A program made the position numbers and the translations under genes. From an uncultured Candidatus Saccharibacteria bacterium (GTDB lineage: Bacteria; Patescibacteriota; Minisyncoccia; Phycocordibacterales; UBA9973): a stretch of DNA of 64,000 bases. This document shows positions 1 to 9,311 of the stretch, piece by piece; the first letter of the stretch is position 1, and each line of letters begins with the position of its first letter. The stretch is taken from positions 29,556 through 93,555 of the forward strand of contig CAYRQJ010000002.1 of assembly GCA_964426555.1 (NCBI GenBank), given 5' to 3'. The notes under the pieces were generated by a model, which was not told where the DNA came from, made no database searches, and saw only the letters and a program-made list of their open reading frames with translations.

Positions 1-985
1 AAGCAGCACTATTTATTCTTCTTGGCATATCAGTAGGGAAACCAGTAGCAATAAGAATAACTTTAATTTCGTGTTTGTTTAGTTTTTCGTCACGAATCAT
101 ACCAAATATAACTTTTGCATCTTTATCTACATTTTGTGTTATCAAGTTTGCAGCTTCAGAAACTTCGTGGATAGACAAATCATCACCTCCGGCAATAGCC
201 AAAAGCACACCCTTTGCTCCGTTAATAGAAAGATCAAGTAATGGAGAATTCAATGCTTCCATGGCTGCTTTTGTAGCGCGGCCTTCACCTTGCGCGCGGC
301 CAATACCCATTAATGCGCTACCAGCATTTGCCATAACTGCACGAATATCATTAAAGTCTACATTGATTGTTCCCGGAGTTGTAATAAGTTCTGAAATTCC
401 TTCTACGGCTTGTTTTAAAACATCATCACACATTGCAAAAGCATCTTTAATGCTTGTGTCTTTTGGTGCAACAGATAAAATTCTTTCGTTTGGAATTATA
501 ATAATTGCATCTACTTCTTGCTCAAGATCAGCAATACCTTTTTCAGCTAAACGCATTCTTTGTGTTCCTTCAAAAAAGAAAGGTTTTGTAACTACGGCAA
601 CTGTTAGTACTCCTTGTTCTTTTGCAGCAGCAGCAACAATTGGACTAGCTCCAGTTCCTGTACCTCCACCCATTCCACAAGCTATAAAAACCATGTCAGC
701 ACCTTTTACTGCATCTTGAATTTCAGCTTTTGTTTCTTCTGCAGCTTTACGACCCACATCTGGGTTCATACCAGCACCAAGACCACGAGTAAGGTTTTTA
801 CCTAAATGGATTTTTTTATCAGCAAGAGATTTGTGTAAATCTTGCGTGTCAGTATTCATGGCAATAAATTCCACACCTTTGACTTTGGAATCAATCATGT
901 GGTTAAGAGCATTGTTACCAGAGCCACCAACTCCTATAACTTTAATTCTTGCAAACGTTTCGATGGGTGTATCTACCTTTGGCAT
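1..985 (-). CDS. ftsZ: Cell division GTPase FtsZ, C-terminus truncated at window edge
   Basis: Minus-strand translation from ATG at 985 gives MPKVDTPIETFARIKVIGVGGSGNNALNHMIDS...FIAMNTD and, further in, the tubulin signature GGGTGTG (seen as cattccacaagc...ggtacaggaactgg on plus). The plus-strand track ORF 75..719 is its antisense. No stop before position 1. Confidence 0.9.
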   Translation of the reverse strand, partial: MPKVDTPIETFARIKVIGVGGSGNNALNHMIDSKVKGVEFIAMNTDTQDLHKSLADKKIHLGKNLTRGLGAGMNPDVGRKAAEETKAEIQDAVKGADMVFIACGMGGGTGTGASPIVAAAAKEQGVLTVAVVTKPFFFEGTQRMRLAEKGIADLEQEVDAIIIIPNERILSVAPKDTSIKDAFAMCDDVLKQAVEGISELITTPGTINVDFNDIRAVMANAGSALMGIGRAQGEGRATKAAMEALNSPLLDLSINGAKGVLLAIAGGDDLSIHEVSEAANLITQNVDKDAKVIFGMIRDEKLNKHEIKVILIATGFPTDMPRRINSAA

Positions 986-1062
986 ATGATTCATCAATTA
1001 ATGTATAACAAATGAACTATAACAAATTATAGTTAAATAGCCAATGTCTTGACAAGATTAAA

Positions 1063-2241
1063 TTATGGCATCAAATCATGTAAAAATGACTTGATTTTTG
1101 ACATGAAATTATCCCCATCACTAAAAGATTTTATCTTAGGATTTGAATTTTCTTCTTTATATAAAGTTAAACCATAAGCAACAACCCAAGATACATCACG
1201 CAGACGAGGTTTCATTTGTAGTAAATGTTCAGGAATACCTACTTTACATGGTAAGCGTAAAGAATTTCTTGCAAGAGATTCAATTTGTGAAATATGTGAA
1301 CCTCCGCCAGTTATAACTATTCCAGCTGGAAGCAATGCATCGCGGTTAATCTTTTTTAAATATTTTTCTAGTAGTTCAAAAATATCACGCAAGCGCGCTT
1401 CGATGATTTCATTTAATTTTCTTTCAGAATGTAATCCTTGGTTTTTACCAATTTTTACAAGTTCAGCTTCTTCTACTCCTATTTTTAAACCCAATGCAAT
1501 ATCTTTTGTAAAATCAGATCCACCAATAGGGAAGACATGTAGTGACAAAGGAACACCATGTTCGTAAACAATAGCTGAAACAGTCTCAGCTCCAATATTT
1601 GCAAGCATCACACCATTTTGTTTCTGAGTTTCAGTTAGTGCAACACAAGATGCGGCAATAGGAGATGCTACAATGTTTTGGATTTCAATTCCAAGATCTG
1701 AAAATAAATCTATGAGATCAAATAAATGTTGGGCTAAACAAATAACAAAGAATACTTTTACTTCCAGTTTACTACCACGCATTCCCAAAGGTCGCCCCAA
1801 GACTTCTTTACTGTCGATTTTATAAGATACAGGAATAGTATGTAGAATTTCTCGATTTATTAAATCAAGTTTGTTATGAGCTTCGCTAATTGCTTTATCA
1901 ATATCATTTTGACTGATTATGCCATCAGCTCGAGAAACTACCACATCTCCACTGGTTACTGAAGAATTTAAAGATATTCCACCAATGGAAATACTTGCTC
2001 TTCTAACATCTAGATTACCTTGTTCTTTTAGTTGTGATATTAAAGACTGAAGTGTTTCTTTCGTTCCCAGAGGGTTTGTAATATAACCACTGCGTAAACC
2101 TTTACTTTCAGCTTGGGCAACAGCAATAATCTCTGGAAATTCATTTTCAGACGAAGATAGTTTTGTTACAACTGCACGGGCAGTATGTGTACCAATATCA
2201 AAACCAATATTAAATTCTTGTTTGTTATTTCTGCGTAGCAT
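1063..2241 (-). CDS. ftsA: Cell division protein FtsA (actin-like ATPase)
   Basis: N-terminus FNIGFDIGTHTARAVV, C-terminal ITGGGSHISQI and amphipathic tail. Adjacent and upstream of ftsZ on the same strand. Confidence 0.85.
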   Translation of the reverse strand: MLRRNNKQEFNIGFDIGTHTARAVVTKLSSSENEFPEIIAVAQAESKGLRSGYITNPLGTKETLQSLISQLKEQGNLDVRRASISIGGISLNSSVTSGDVVVSRADGIISQNDIDKAISEAHNKLDLINREILHTIPVSYKIDSKEVLGRPLGMRGSKLEVKVFFVICLAQHLFDLIDLFSDLGIEIQNIVASPIAASCVALTETQKQNGVMLANIGAETVSAIVYEHGVPLSLHVFPIGGSDFTKDIALGLKIGVEEAELVKIGKNQGLHSERKLNEIIEARLRDIFELLEKYLKKINRDALLPAGIVITGGGSHISQIESLARNSLRLPCKVGIPEHLLQMKPRLRDVSWVVAYGLTLYKEENSNPKIKSFSDGDNFMSKIKSFLHDLMP

Positions 2242-2645
2242 TATTTAAAAGAAGATATTTTTGTAAACTTTTTTAAAAGCCTAATTTCTTCTTTTTCCAT
2301 TGTACTACTATGTTCGCTTCCTTTCAAATGCAAACATCCGTGGATAAACAAAAACAAGATGTAATCTTCAAAATTTAAATCAAAATCAGCATGCTGTTTT
2401 TTTGCTGTAGCTAAATGTATAAAAATATCTCCAGATTCTTTTGTATAAGGAAAAGACAAAATATTTGGTACATAGTCTTTTTGTCTGTGAGTGATATTTA
2501 ATTCTAAAGCTTTTTCTTTTGTAGTAAAAACTAAAGACATTTCATAGTCTTTACCTAAAATGTGATCTTTTACAACATGAAAAGGAAGACTTGGGGTCTT
2601 CCTTTTAGACATATTCTTTATAAAAAAATTGTCATCTTTCTGCAT
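2241..2645 (-). CDS. ybeY: Endoribonuclease YbeY (rRNA maturation factor)
   Basis: Zinc-binding signature HGCLHLKGSEH (H-G-x-L-H-L-x-G-x-x-H), about 130 aa. Confidence 0.75.
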   Translation of the reverse strand: MQKDDNFFIKNMSKRKTPSLPFHVVKDHILGKDYEMSLVFTTKEKALELNITHRQKDYVPNILSFPYTKESGDIFIHLATAKKQHADFDLNFEDYILFLFIHGCLHLKGSEHSSTMEKEEIRLLKKFTKISSFK

Positions 2646-2650
2646 ATTTA

Positions 2651-2905
2651 TTAACCGCGTTTTCGAAATACTTTTGGTTTTAGTTTGCCAAGCTTCTTTA
2701 ATTTTTCAAAATCAGCACGCTTTACAAGTTTTTTTACTGCACTATTTTTTTGTGCAAGTTTTGACTTTGGTCTTTCGTTATATCTCTTTGCGCGAACCTT
2801 TTTAACAATTTCAGAATCCTGAACTTTACGTTGAAAACGGCGCAATAGTGTAGCGCTAGATTCTGCGCCTGCTTTTGTTACTTCTACTTGGTATGTTGTT
2901 GACAT
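2651..2905 (-). CDS. rpsU: 30S ribosomal protein S21
   Basis: LLRRFQRKVQDSEIVKKVRAKRYNERPKSKLAQKNSAVKK matches the S21 core. Start taken at MSTTYQV, internal to the track ORF. Confidence 0.75.
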   Translation of the reverse strand: MSTTYQVEVTKAGAESSATLLRRFQRKVQDSEIVKKVRAKRYNERPKSKLAQKNSAVKKLVKRADFEKLKKLGKLKPKVFRKRG

Positions 2906-2950
2906 GGGACCACTATAGCACATTTACTATATTATGCAACATAAATATGT

Positions 2951-4615
2951 TTAATATAGCCTTAATTTGAGATATTTTTTAAAAGGCAATAAAATTTCGT
3001 TAATTTGATTAGCGATTTCAATATTTTTGGTATTTAGGTTATATTTTTGTGTATTAAAACTAGTATATATTGTGATTTCACCGTAAATATTTTTTTTGCT
3101 ATTACAACTACCAGGTAAAGCGATTAGAGATAAAGATTTAATAATTGAATTGATAACTTTTTCATTTTTACTAAAATATTGACCCAAATCAATTTCTAAA
3201 AATCTAGCATATGGTGGGAAAGATAAATGTTTACGATCTTTTAATTCTTCTTTTTTCCAAATATTATAGTCTTGCGATATAAATTCTTCTTCTTGTTTAT
3301 TTTGTACAACTATATACATTTTGTCATTACAAATTTCTAGATTTTTTAATAAATAAAAAATTTTTTCAGTAGATTCAAAATTTTGCCCATACAGCAGGGA
3401 ATTAATCGATGGCACAATTAAAACATCGGTATTAGCAACCTCGTTTATTGTAGAATAGCTTATTAGTTGAATGCCTCCATTTTTTTGCCAGTTATTAAAA
3501 TCAGTTTTACTAATTCTTTCGGTTGAATCATAGATATTTTTATAATTTTTACCCAAAATTTTATATAAATCTTCAATTACTTTTTCTTTTCCGTAACCCA
3601 AAGCCAACATATTCCAACTATTGCAGTTTCTACATTTTACAATTGAAGACTGTGCAATGTTACATTTTTTGCAAATATAAATATATTCACCAGCAACTCC
3701 ATATTTTTTTGCAAAATTTTTATTATTTTTAACCAAATAAAGATTTTCTTTGCAGGGTTCATTATTAATCAAATTATTACAAGTATATATAGTAGAGCAG
3801 TCTACGCATATGGTTTTGCTAGCAAACCCCGATTTAGTTGTAAGAATTAAAATTTGTTTATTTTCTAAAACTAAAGATTTTAAAATATCAGAAATATCAT
3901 TGTTTAATGCGTTTGATTTATCGCTAAATTGCTCTTCTTCCCGAGAAATTATGTTTACTTGTTTATCTGATTTGATTTTTTTATAAGTATTAACCAAGCC
4001 CCATTCTGTGTATCTTAAACGAGGTAGTTTGGAATTTATTGTAAATTCAATTTTTAATTCACTACAAATAAAGGCTAAAAATATAGTTGGGTCATAACCC
4101 AAAAAAGCTTGCCCATACTGAGCCAAGTCTTCAGGATTAAAAACTTCCAATTTTTTAATATTATTATTTAACCATGGATTTATAAAATTATGATAAGAAA
4201 ATAATTCTTCTTTTCTGTACTTTTCTTTATTTATAGTATCAATTTTTGAACTAATTATTAGATTTTCTATTTTTTGGTTTTTATAATTTGGATCATAAGA
4301 TTTAGTAATTGATCTAATTAAAGAAGACAGCTCACATAATGAAAATTTAGAAAATAAAATTAAAGATTCTAGAAATTTTTTATCTAATTTATTTAATATA
4401 TCTGGATTGTTTAATTTAACTAAGCTATAAGGTAGAGATTTTAAGTAATTTTTAGCGTCTATTGCGGGTACTGATTCTACAACTAATGCATATTCATTTT
4501 TCTTTTTAATCGGAACACTAATTATTGATCCAATAGGAATTTTAGTTGTAGTAATATATGACAAACTGCCCTCGGGAAGCTTTCTTTTTAAAGGAATTAC
4601 CGTGACTAAATGCAT
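2951..4615 (-). CDS. priA: Primosomal protein N' (PriA)-like protein with degenerate helicase motifs
   Basis: N-terminal 3'-DNA-binding-like fold (LVTVIPL..LSYITTTKIPIGSIISVPIKKKNEYALVVE). PriA-type Cys-rich zinc region (CVDCSTIYTCNN...CKKCNIAQSSIVKCRNCNS). C-terminal PPYARF-like segment. No GxGKT Walker A or DExH box found. Confidence 0.6.
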   Translation of the reverse strand: MHLVTVIPLKRKLPEGSLSYITTTKIPIGSIISVPIKKKNEYALVVESVPAIDAKNYLKSLPYSLVKLNNPDILNKLDKKFLESLILFSKFSLCELSSLIRSITKSYDPNYKNQKIENLIISSKIDTINKEKYRKEELFSYHNFINPWLNNNIKKLEVFNPEDLAQYGQAFLGYDPTIFLAFICSELKIEFTINSKLPRLRYTEWGLVNTYKKIKSDKQVNIISREEEQFSDKSNALNNDISDILKSLVLENKQILILTTKSGFASKTICVDCSTIYTCNNLINNEPCKENLYLVKNNKNFAKKYGVAGEYIYICKKCNIAQSSIVKCRNCNSWNMLALGYGKEKVIEDLYKILGKNYKNIYDSTERISKTDFNNWQKNGGIQLISYSTINEVANTDVLIVPSINSLLYGQNFESTEKIFYLLKNLEICNDKMYIVVQNKQEEEFISQDYNIWKKEELKDRKHLSFPPYARFLEIDLGQYFSKNEKVINSIIKSLSLIALPGSCNSKKNIYGEITIYTSFNTQKYNLNTKNIEIANQINEILLPFKKYLKLRLY

Positions 4616-4670
4616 ATATACAGAGTATCACAAATATATTTTTTTGTGCTATACTGCTCGCACATATGGG

Positions 4671-4789
4671 TCCCGTTAGAAGCCACGGTCACGCAAAACG
4701 GTATTACCATAGATTATTATATATGAATGAAATTATAAGACTAAATATGCAAAGTTACGGTATTAAGACTGTGACCTGCTTCTAACGGG
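4671..4789 (+). repeat. Structured leader cassette, copy A: inverted-repeat hairpin (tcccgttagaagc...gcttctaacggg) around an AT-rich core, directly abutting the mreB start codon
   Basis: Left arm 4671-4692 tcccgttagaagccacggtcac; right arm 4771-4790 gtgacctgcttctaacggga. Same architecture recurs at 49815-49932 and 53563-53679. Confidence 0.7.
4723..4785 (+). CDS. Putative leader peptide (uORF) MNEIIRLNMQSYGIKTVTCF; stop TAA lies 4 nt before the mreB ATG
   Basis: ORF embedded in copy A. Related peptides ending in CF-stop occur in the other two copies. Confidence 0.35.
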   Translation: MNEIIRLNMQSYGIKTVTCF

Positions 4790-5806
4790 ATGGGATTATT
4801 CAGAAAAAAACTAGGGATAGATTTAGGTACCGCAAATACGCTTGTTTATGTACCAGGGCGTGGAATTGTGTTGTCCGAACCTAGTGTTGTGGCTGTTTCT
4901 GAACAAGACAATAAAATAATGGCAGTTGGTAGTGAAGCTAAAGACATGATTGGTAAAACCCCAGACAGTATTATTGCTTATCGTCCAATGAGAGATGGTG
5001 TAATAGCTGATTATCGTGTTACTGAAGCCATGCTAAGGCATTATATTTCTAAAGCATTAGGTAAATGGTCTTTTGTAAAACCAGATGTATTAATTTCTGT
5101 ACCTGCTGGTATAACTTCAACTGAACGCCGTGCAGTTATAGAAGCAGCTCTAAAAGCTGGAGCTAAAAATGCTTATGTTGCCAAAGAACCAATTTTAGCG
5201 GCAATTGGTGCTGGAATACCGATTTACGAATCTCGTGGGCACATGGTGGTGGATATTGGCGGTGGTACTACAGATGTTGCGGTAATATCACTTGGTGGAA
5301 TCGTTGCATCAACATCAGTAAAATGTGCTGGAAATAAATTAGATGTTGCAATTACTGACTTTATAAAAAAATCTTTTAACTTAGCAATTGGGGACCGTAC
5401 CGCTGAACAAATTAAAATTCGCGTAGCTTCAGCTGTTCCAGTTGATGACGAAGTTACTATGCTTATAAAAGGCCGTGATTATATTACAGGCTTACCAAGG
5501 ACTGCTCAGGTTACTACTAACGAAGTATGTCGTGCAATTGATAAAGAGTTACGCATGATGATAAAAGCCATAAAAGATGTATTGCAAGATACTCCTCCTG
5601 AATTAGCTGCTGACATTATCGACCATGGAATAATAATGACAGGAGGAACATCACAACTGCGAGGGTTACCAGAATTAGTTTATCGCCGTACTGGAGTAAA
5701 AGCTCGTCTTGCCGAAGAACCAATGCTGTCAGTTGTAAAAGGTACAGGTGAAGCACTAGAACATTTAGAAGTTTACAAACGAGCATTACTTCTTAAACAA
5801 AAATAA
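4790..5806 (+). CDS. mreB: Rod shape-determining protein MreB
   Basis: KLGIDLGTANTLVYV..., DIGGGTTDVAVISLGG, actin-like ATPase motifs. Confidence 0.9.
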   Translation: MGLFRKKLGIDLGTANTLVYVPGRGIVLSEPSVVAVSEQDNKIMAVGSEAKDMIGKTPDSIIAYRPMRDGVIADYRVTEAMLRHYISKALGKWSFVKPDVLISVPAGITSTERRAVIEAALKAGAKNAYVAKEPILAAIGAGIPIYESRGHMVVDIGGGTTDVAVISLGGIVASTSVKCAGNKLDVAITDFIKKSFNLAIGDRTAEQIKIRVASAVPVDDEVTMLIKGRDYITGLPRTAQVTTNEVCRAIDKELRMMIKAIKDVLQDTPPELAADIIDHGIIMTGGTSQLRGLPELVYRRTGVKARLAEEPMLSVVKGTGEALEHLEVYKRALLLKQK

Positions 5807-5809
5807 ATT

Positions 5810-6475
5810 ATGTCTGCAAATAATTTTGCAAATTTAAAAAATAAAGAAAATTTATCCCATGCATTTTTGTATCGTGGTAAATACAATGATGTATTACCTG
5901 AATTCACAGAAGCTCTTACTAAACTAAGTATTCATTTAAATAAACCAGGTCATTTTGTTATAAATGGTGGAACTTTTGCTGTAGATCAGGCTCGTGAGTT
6001 AGTTTCTTGGCATAATCGCGGAGCAAATAGTGAAGATGATTTTACTGTAGCTATAATTGCACCCGATGTTTTTAAAAAAGATGCTCAACAAATGCTGTTA
6101 AAAATAATAGAAGAAACACGCGAGAATTTTTTAATTTTCCTTTTTCTAAATTCTGGAATTGATGTATTAGATACAATACTTTCTCGTGTACAAGTGCATT
6201 CTTTAGATACTTTAGAAAACTTGAAAATATCTAAATTTTTAAAACAAAAAACTGGTGATAAAATAAAAACTATTCAGGAAAAAACAAAAGGCATGGAAAG
6301 TAGTGAGATTCGAGAATATACTCAAAATTTAGTTAATGAAATTATAATTGAGCTAAGTAAAGACGTAGGAGATAATAAAAATATTTTAATTAAATTAAAC
6401 ACTGTTCAAAATTCACTGACAAATTCATATATTGCTCCAAAATTTATTTTGGATTATGTGATTACAATATTGTAA
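5810..6475 (+). CDS. holB: DNA polymerase III delta'-like subunit (clamp-loader family), degenerate P-loop
   Basis: Sensor motif TILSRVQVH (T-I/L-x-S-R-C/V-Q) typical of the delta'/gamma-tau family. No intact GKT Walker A. Confidence 0.4.
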   Translation: MSANNFANLKNKENLSHAFLYRGKYNDVLPEFTEALTKLSIHLNKPGHFVINGGTFAVDQARELVSWHNRGANSEDDFTVAIIAPDVFKKDAQQMLLKIIEETRENFLIFLFLNSGIDVLDTILSRVQVHSLDTLENLKISKFLKQKTGDKIKTIQEKTKGMESSEIREYTQNLVNEIIIELSKDVGDNKNILIKLNTVQNSLTNSYIAPKFILDYVITIL

Positions 6476-6496
6476 AATTATGCTATATTTATATAT

Positions 6497-7045
6497 ATGT
6501 CATACAATATTAAGAATGCACAAACTGAATTTAATAAAGCCGTAGAATGGCTAACTAATGAATACCAACAAATCCATACTGGGCGAGCAACACCGCTAGT
6601 TTTAGACGGTGTTCAAGTAGAACTGTACGATATGATGCAACCTATTCGTAATGTTGCCAGTATTTCTATTGAAGACCCAAAGACTATTCGTATTGCTCCG
6701 TGGGATAAAAATGCAGTAAAAGCCATAGAAAAATCATTAACTGATGGGAATTTAGGATTAGGAGTTGTAGCTGATAGCGATGGAATAAGACTGATTTTCC
6801 CAGCACTTACAACTGAGCGCCGTCAGCAAACTGTAAAAATTCTTGGGACTTTGCAAGAAGAAGCTCGTATTCGTGTACGAAAAACCAGAGAAAATGAAAT
6901 GAAAGAATTAGATGAAATAGCAAAAGAAGGTATGGGTGAAGATGAAAAGAAAAGACTGCAAGCAGATATTCAAAAAATAGTAGACGAAACAAATAAATCT
7001 CTTGAAGAAGTATTTAAGAAAAAAGAAATCGAAGTAATGAACTAA
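6497..7045 (+). CDS. frr: Ribosome recycling factor
   Basis: FNKAVEWLTNEYQQIHTGRATPLVLDGVQVELYD...IRIAPWDKN is the canonical RRF sequence. Confidence 0.9.
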   Translation: MSYNIKNAQTEFNKAVEWLTNEYQQIHTGRATPLVLDGVQVELYDMMQPIRNVASISIEDPKTIRIAPWDKNAVKAIEKSLTDGNLGLGVVADSDGIRLIFPALTTERRQQTVKILGTLQEEARIRVRKTRENEMKELDEIAKEGMGEDEKKRLQADIQKIVDETNKSLEEVFKKKEIEVMN

Positions 7046-7136
7046 AGAGCTAGGGGTTAGTTTCTAGTGAATAGTGATTAGGTTTTAAGAAAAATATAAA
7101 TTAGTGAATATCCAGATTTCCTTTAATAAATTTCCA

Positions 7137-7502
7137 ATGAGTGAAAGCAAAATAAAATCATATAAGGATCTAATTGTTTGGCAGAAAGGCTATGAGCTTG
7201 TTAAGCAAGTTTATAAAATCAGTGCTAAACTACCACAAAGTGAAGTATTTGCTTTACAATCACAAATGAGACGTTCTGCTGTTTCTATTGTTTCTAATAT
7301 TGCGGAAGGTAGTAGTAGAAAAACTAGAAAAGATTATTGTCAGTTTATACATATTGCATATGGGTCAACTTCCGAATTAGAAACTCAACTAATGCTTTGC
7401 AAAGATCTATACAATATTTCAGTTGAAAAAGAGCTTGAATTAATTACAGAAATCAGTAAAATGCTTAGAGCTATTATAAATAAACTAGAACCTAATCACT
7501 AA
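7137..7502 (+). CDS. Four-helix-bundle protein of the 23S rRNA intervening-sequence protein family
   Basis: KSYKDLIVWQKGYELVKQVYKIS...NIAEGSSRKTRKDYCQFIHIAYGSTSELETQL is the diagnostic pattern of this family. Start taken at MSESKIKSYKD. Confidence 0.7.
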   Translation: MSESKIKSYKDLIVWQKGYELVKQVYKISAKLPQSEVFALQSQMRRSAVSIVSNIAEGSSRKTRKDYCQFIHIAYGSTSELETQLMLCKDLYNISVEKELELITEISKMLRAIINKLEPNH

Positions 7503-7535
7503 AAACTAAAACCTTTTAAAATAATAAAAATAATT

Positions 7536-8606
7536 ATGACCATCATACTCTTCATTATCGTTTTGTTTCTTGTAGTCACAGTTCACGAGGCTGGGCATTT
7601 TTATGCTGCTAAAAAAATGGGAATGCGTGTAAAAGAATTTGCTTTTGGTTTTCCTCCAAAATTATTTGGTATAAAAAAGGGCGAAACAGAATATTCGTTT
7701 AATTTAATTCCATTAGGAGGTTATGTAGCAATAGATGGAGAAAATGGTAAAACTGACGAAGAAATAGCAGGTGACAGTAGACTATTTACTGCAAAATCTA
7801 AACTAGCCCAAGCAATAGTACTGTTTGCTGGGCCATTTATGAACTTTGTTTTGGCTTTTGTACTACTGTCCATGTCTTATATGATAGGGTATGGAAATAA
7901 TAAAACAGCAAATAATTTAGTTATTTTAGGAGTTCTACCTGGTTCTGTTTCTGAAAATTATGGATTAAAAGAAGGAGATATTATAAATGCTGTTTCCTCT
8001 ACAGTTACTGACTCAAAAATTAATAATCCTAAAGCTGAAGATTTTCAAAATATTGTAAAAAATAGTAATGGTCAGGAATTAGATATTGAAATAAAAAGGG
8101 GAAATGATGTTTTAAATATTAAACCAGTGCCACTGCTGGATACTGCTAGTAATGAATATAAATTAGGTGTTAGTATTGGAACTTTTGAAAGTAAAAAACT
8201 GGGGTTCTTTACTGCAATAAAAACTGGATTTATGGATACTGCAGAAATTACTTGGGGTACTATTAAAGGACTGGGGCAAATTATCGCATCATTATTTGGT
8301 TATGGAGATATAAAAGGTAGTGTGTCTGGGCCAGTAGGGATAGCAAAACAGGTAGGTGTTGCAGCAAATTTTGGTTTTGCCTTTCTGTTAAACTTTATTA
8401 CATTAATTTCTATAAATCTTGGGGTTATTAATTTATTCCCATTTCCAGCATTGGACGGGGGAAGACTACTATTTTTATTAATAGAAAAGATCAAAGGATC
8501 TCGCATAAGTGCTAAAACAACAAATATAGTAAATGCCGCTGGTTTTGGAATTTTAATATTGTTAATGATAATAGTTACTATTAAAGACGTAATTAAACTA
8601 TTTTAG
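7536..8606 (+). CDS. rseP: Site-2 zinc metalloprotease RseP (M50) with PDZ domain
   Basis: HEAGHFYAAKKMGMRVKEFAFGFPP (HExxH in TM1), internal PDZ-like segment, C-terminal LDGG motif (PFPALDGGRLLF). Confidence 0.85.
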   Translation: MTIILFIIVLFLVVTVHEAGHFYAAKKMGMRVKEFAFGFPPKLFGIKKGETEYSFNLIPLGGYVAIDGENGKTDEEIAGDSRLFTAKSKLAQAIVLFAGPFMNFVLAFVLLSMSYMIGYGNNKTANNLVILGVLPGSVSENYGLKEGDIINAVSSTVTDSKINNPKAEDFQNIVKNSNGQELDIEIKRGNDVLNIKPVPLLDTASNEYKLGVSIGTFESKKLGFFTAIKTGFMDTAEITWGTIKGLGQIIASLFGYGDIKGSVSGPVGIAKQVGVAANFGFAFLLNFITLISINLGVINLFPFPALDGGRLLFLLIEKIKGSRISAKTTNIVNAAGFGILILLMIIVTIKDVIKLF

Positions 8607-8613
8607 AATAAAG

Positions 8614-8646
8614 AAAACCGAACTAATTCAATAGTTCGGTTTTTTA
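8614..8646. terminator. Bidirectional intrinsic terminator hairpin between convergent genes
   Basis: aaaaccgaact-aattcaat-agttcggtttttt: 9-bp stem followed by a T-tract. Confidence 0.55.
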
Positions 8647-8666
8647 TTTTGCTTTTTAAAATTAAG

Positions 8667-9212
8667 CTAATAATCTTTTGTCTTTTTTGACATAAAAGCA
8701 ATAAAAATAAATTCTAAATATGATCCAAATGCCATAGATGCTGTTATAATTAAAGAATTATCAATTAATAATAAATCTAATAATAAAACAAAAATCACAG
8801 GTAAGAACATTTTTACATCTGCAAAATATTCATTATTTTCAAAAATTTCTTCTGGGTCAGGCTCTTCTTCTTTGTATTTTATTAAAATAAATTCGCATAA
8901 TATCCAAATTACAATAAATACAATCAACAGAACCCATTCAATTGGATTTCGAATAAACGACATCCAGCATGTAATTGTATAGATTATACCTATTGAATTT
9001 ACACGCTTTAATGAATTTGTATCTGGCAATGTGTTCGCTTCCTGTCTTATTACTATAGCAATGATTGCGCCTATAGCCATAAAACAAAGCACAGCAATAG
9101 TCATATCTTCTTGCTTGGGTTTTTGGCCTAAATCCGTAAAAAAATATGCCATAAAAAAAGATAAGAGCATTAATAAAATAATACTTGAACTGATTAATTT
9201 TTTTGTTTTCAT
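8667..9212 (-). CDS. Hypothetical polytopic membrane protein
   Basis: Four hydrophobic helices. No recognisable motif. Confidence 0.4.
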   Translation of the reverse strand: MKTKKLISSSIILLMLLSFFMAYFFTDLGQKPKQEDMTIAVLCFMAIGAIIAIVIRQEANTLPDTNSLKRVNSIGIIYTITCWMSFIRNPIEWVLLIVFIVIWILCEFILIKYKEEEPDPEEIFENNEYFADVKMFLPVIFVLLLDLLLIDNSLIITASMAFGSYLEFIFIAFMSKKTKDY

Positions 9213-9282
9213 AATTTTTTGATTTTAGTTTAAAGTTAACAAAATACTACTATTAGTAGATTTGAATGTCAATAACCTAAAT

Positions 9283-9311
9283 TTGCTATATTTTAAAATA
9301 TCTGTTAGAAT
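9283..9311 (+). promoter_or_regulatory. Putative sigma70-type promoter upstream of typA (TTGCTA-N17-TAGAAT)
   Basis: Hexamers at 9283-9288 and 9306-9311. A roughly 100-nt leader with a small hairpin plus T-tract (gcggtatttaccgc gtattatttttt) follows. Confidence 0.35.

Noticed and set aside
75-719. 214-aa plus-strand ORF in the track
   Set aside because: It is the antisense frame of ftsZ. The minus strand here encodes an unmistakable FtsZ with GGGTGTG, so the plus ORF is spurious.
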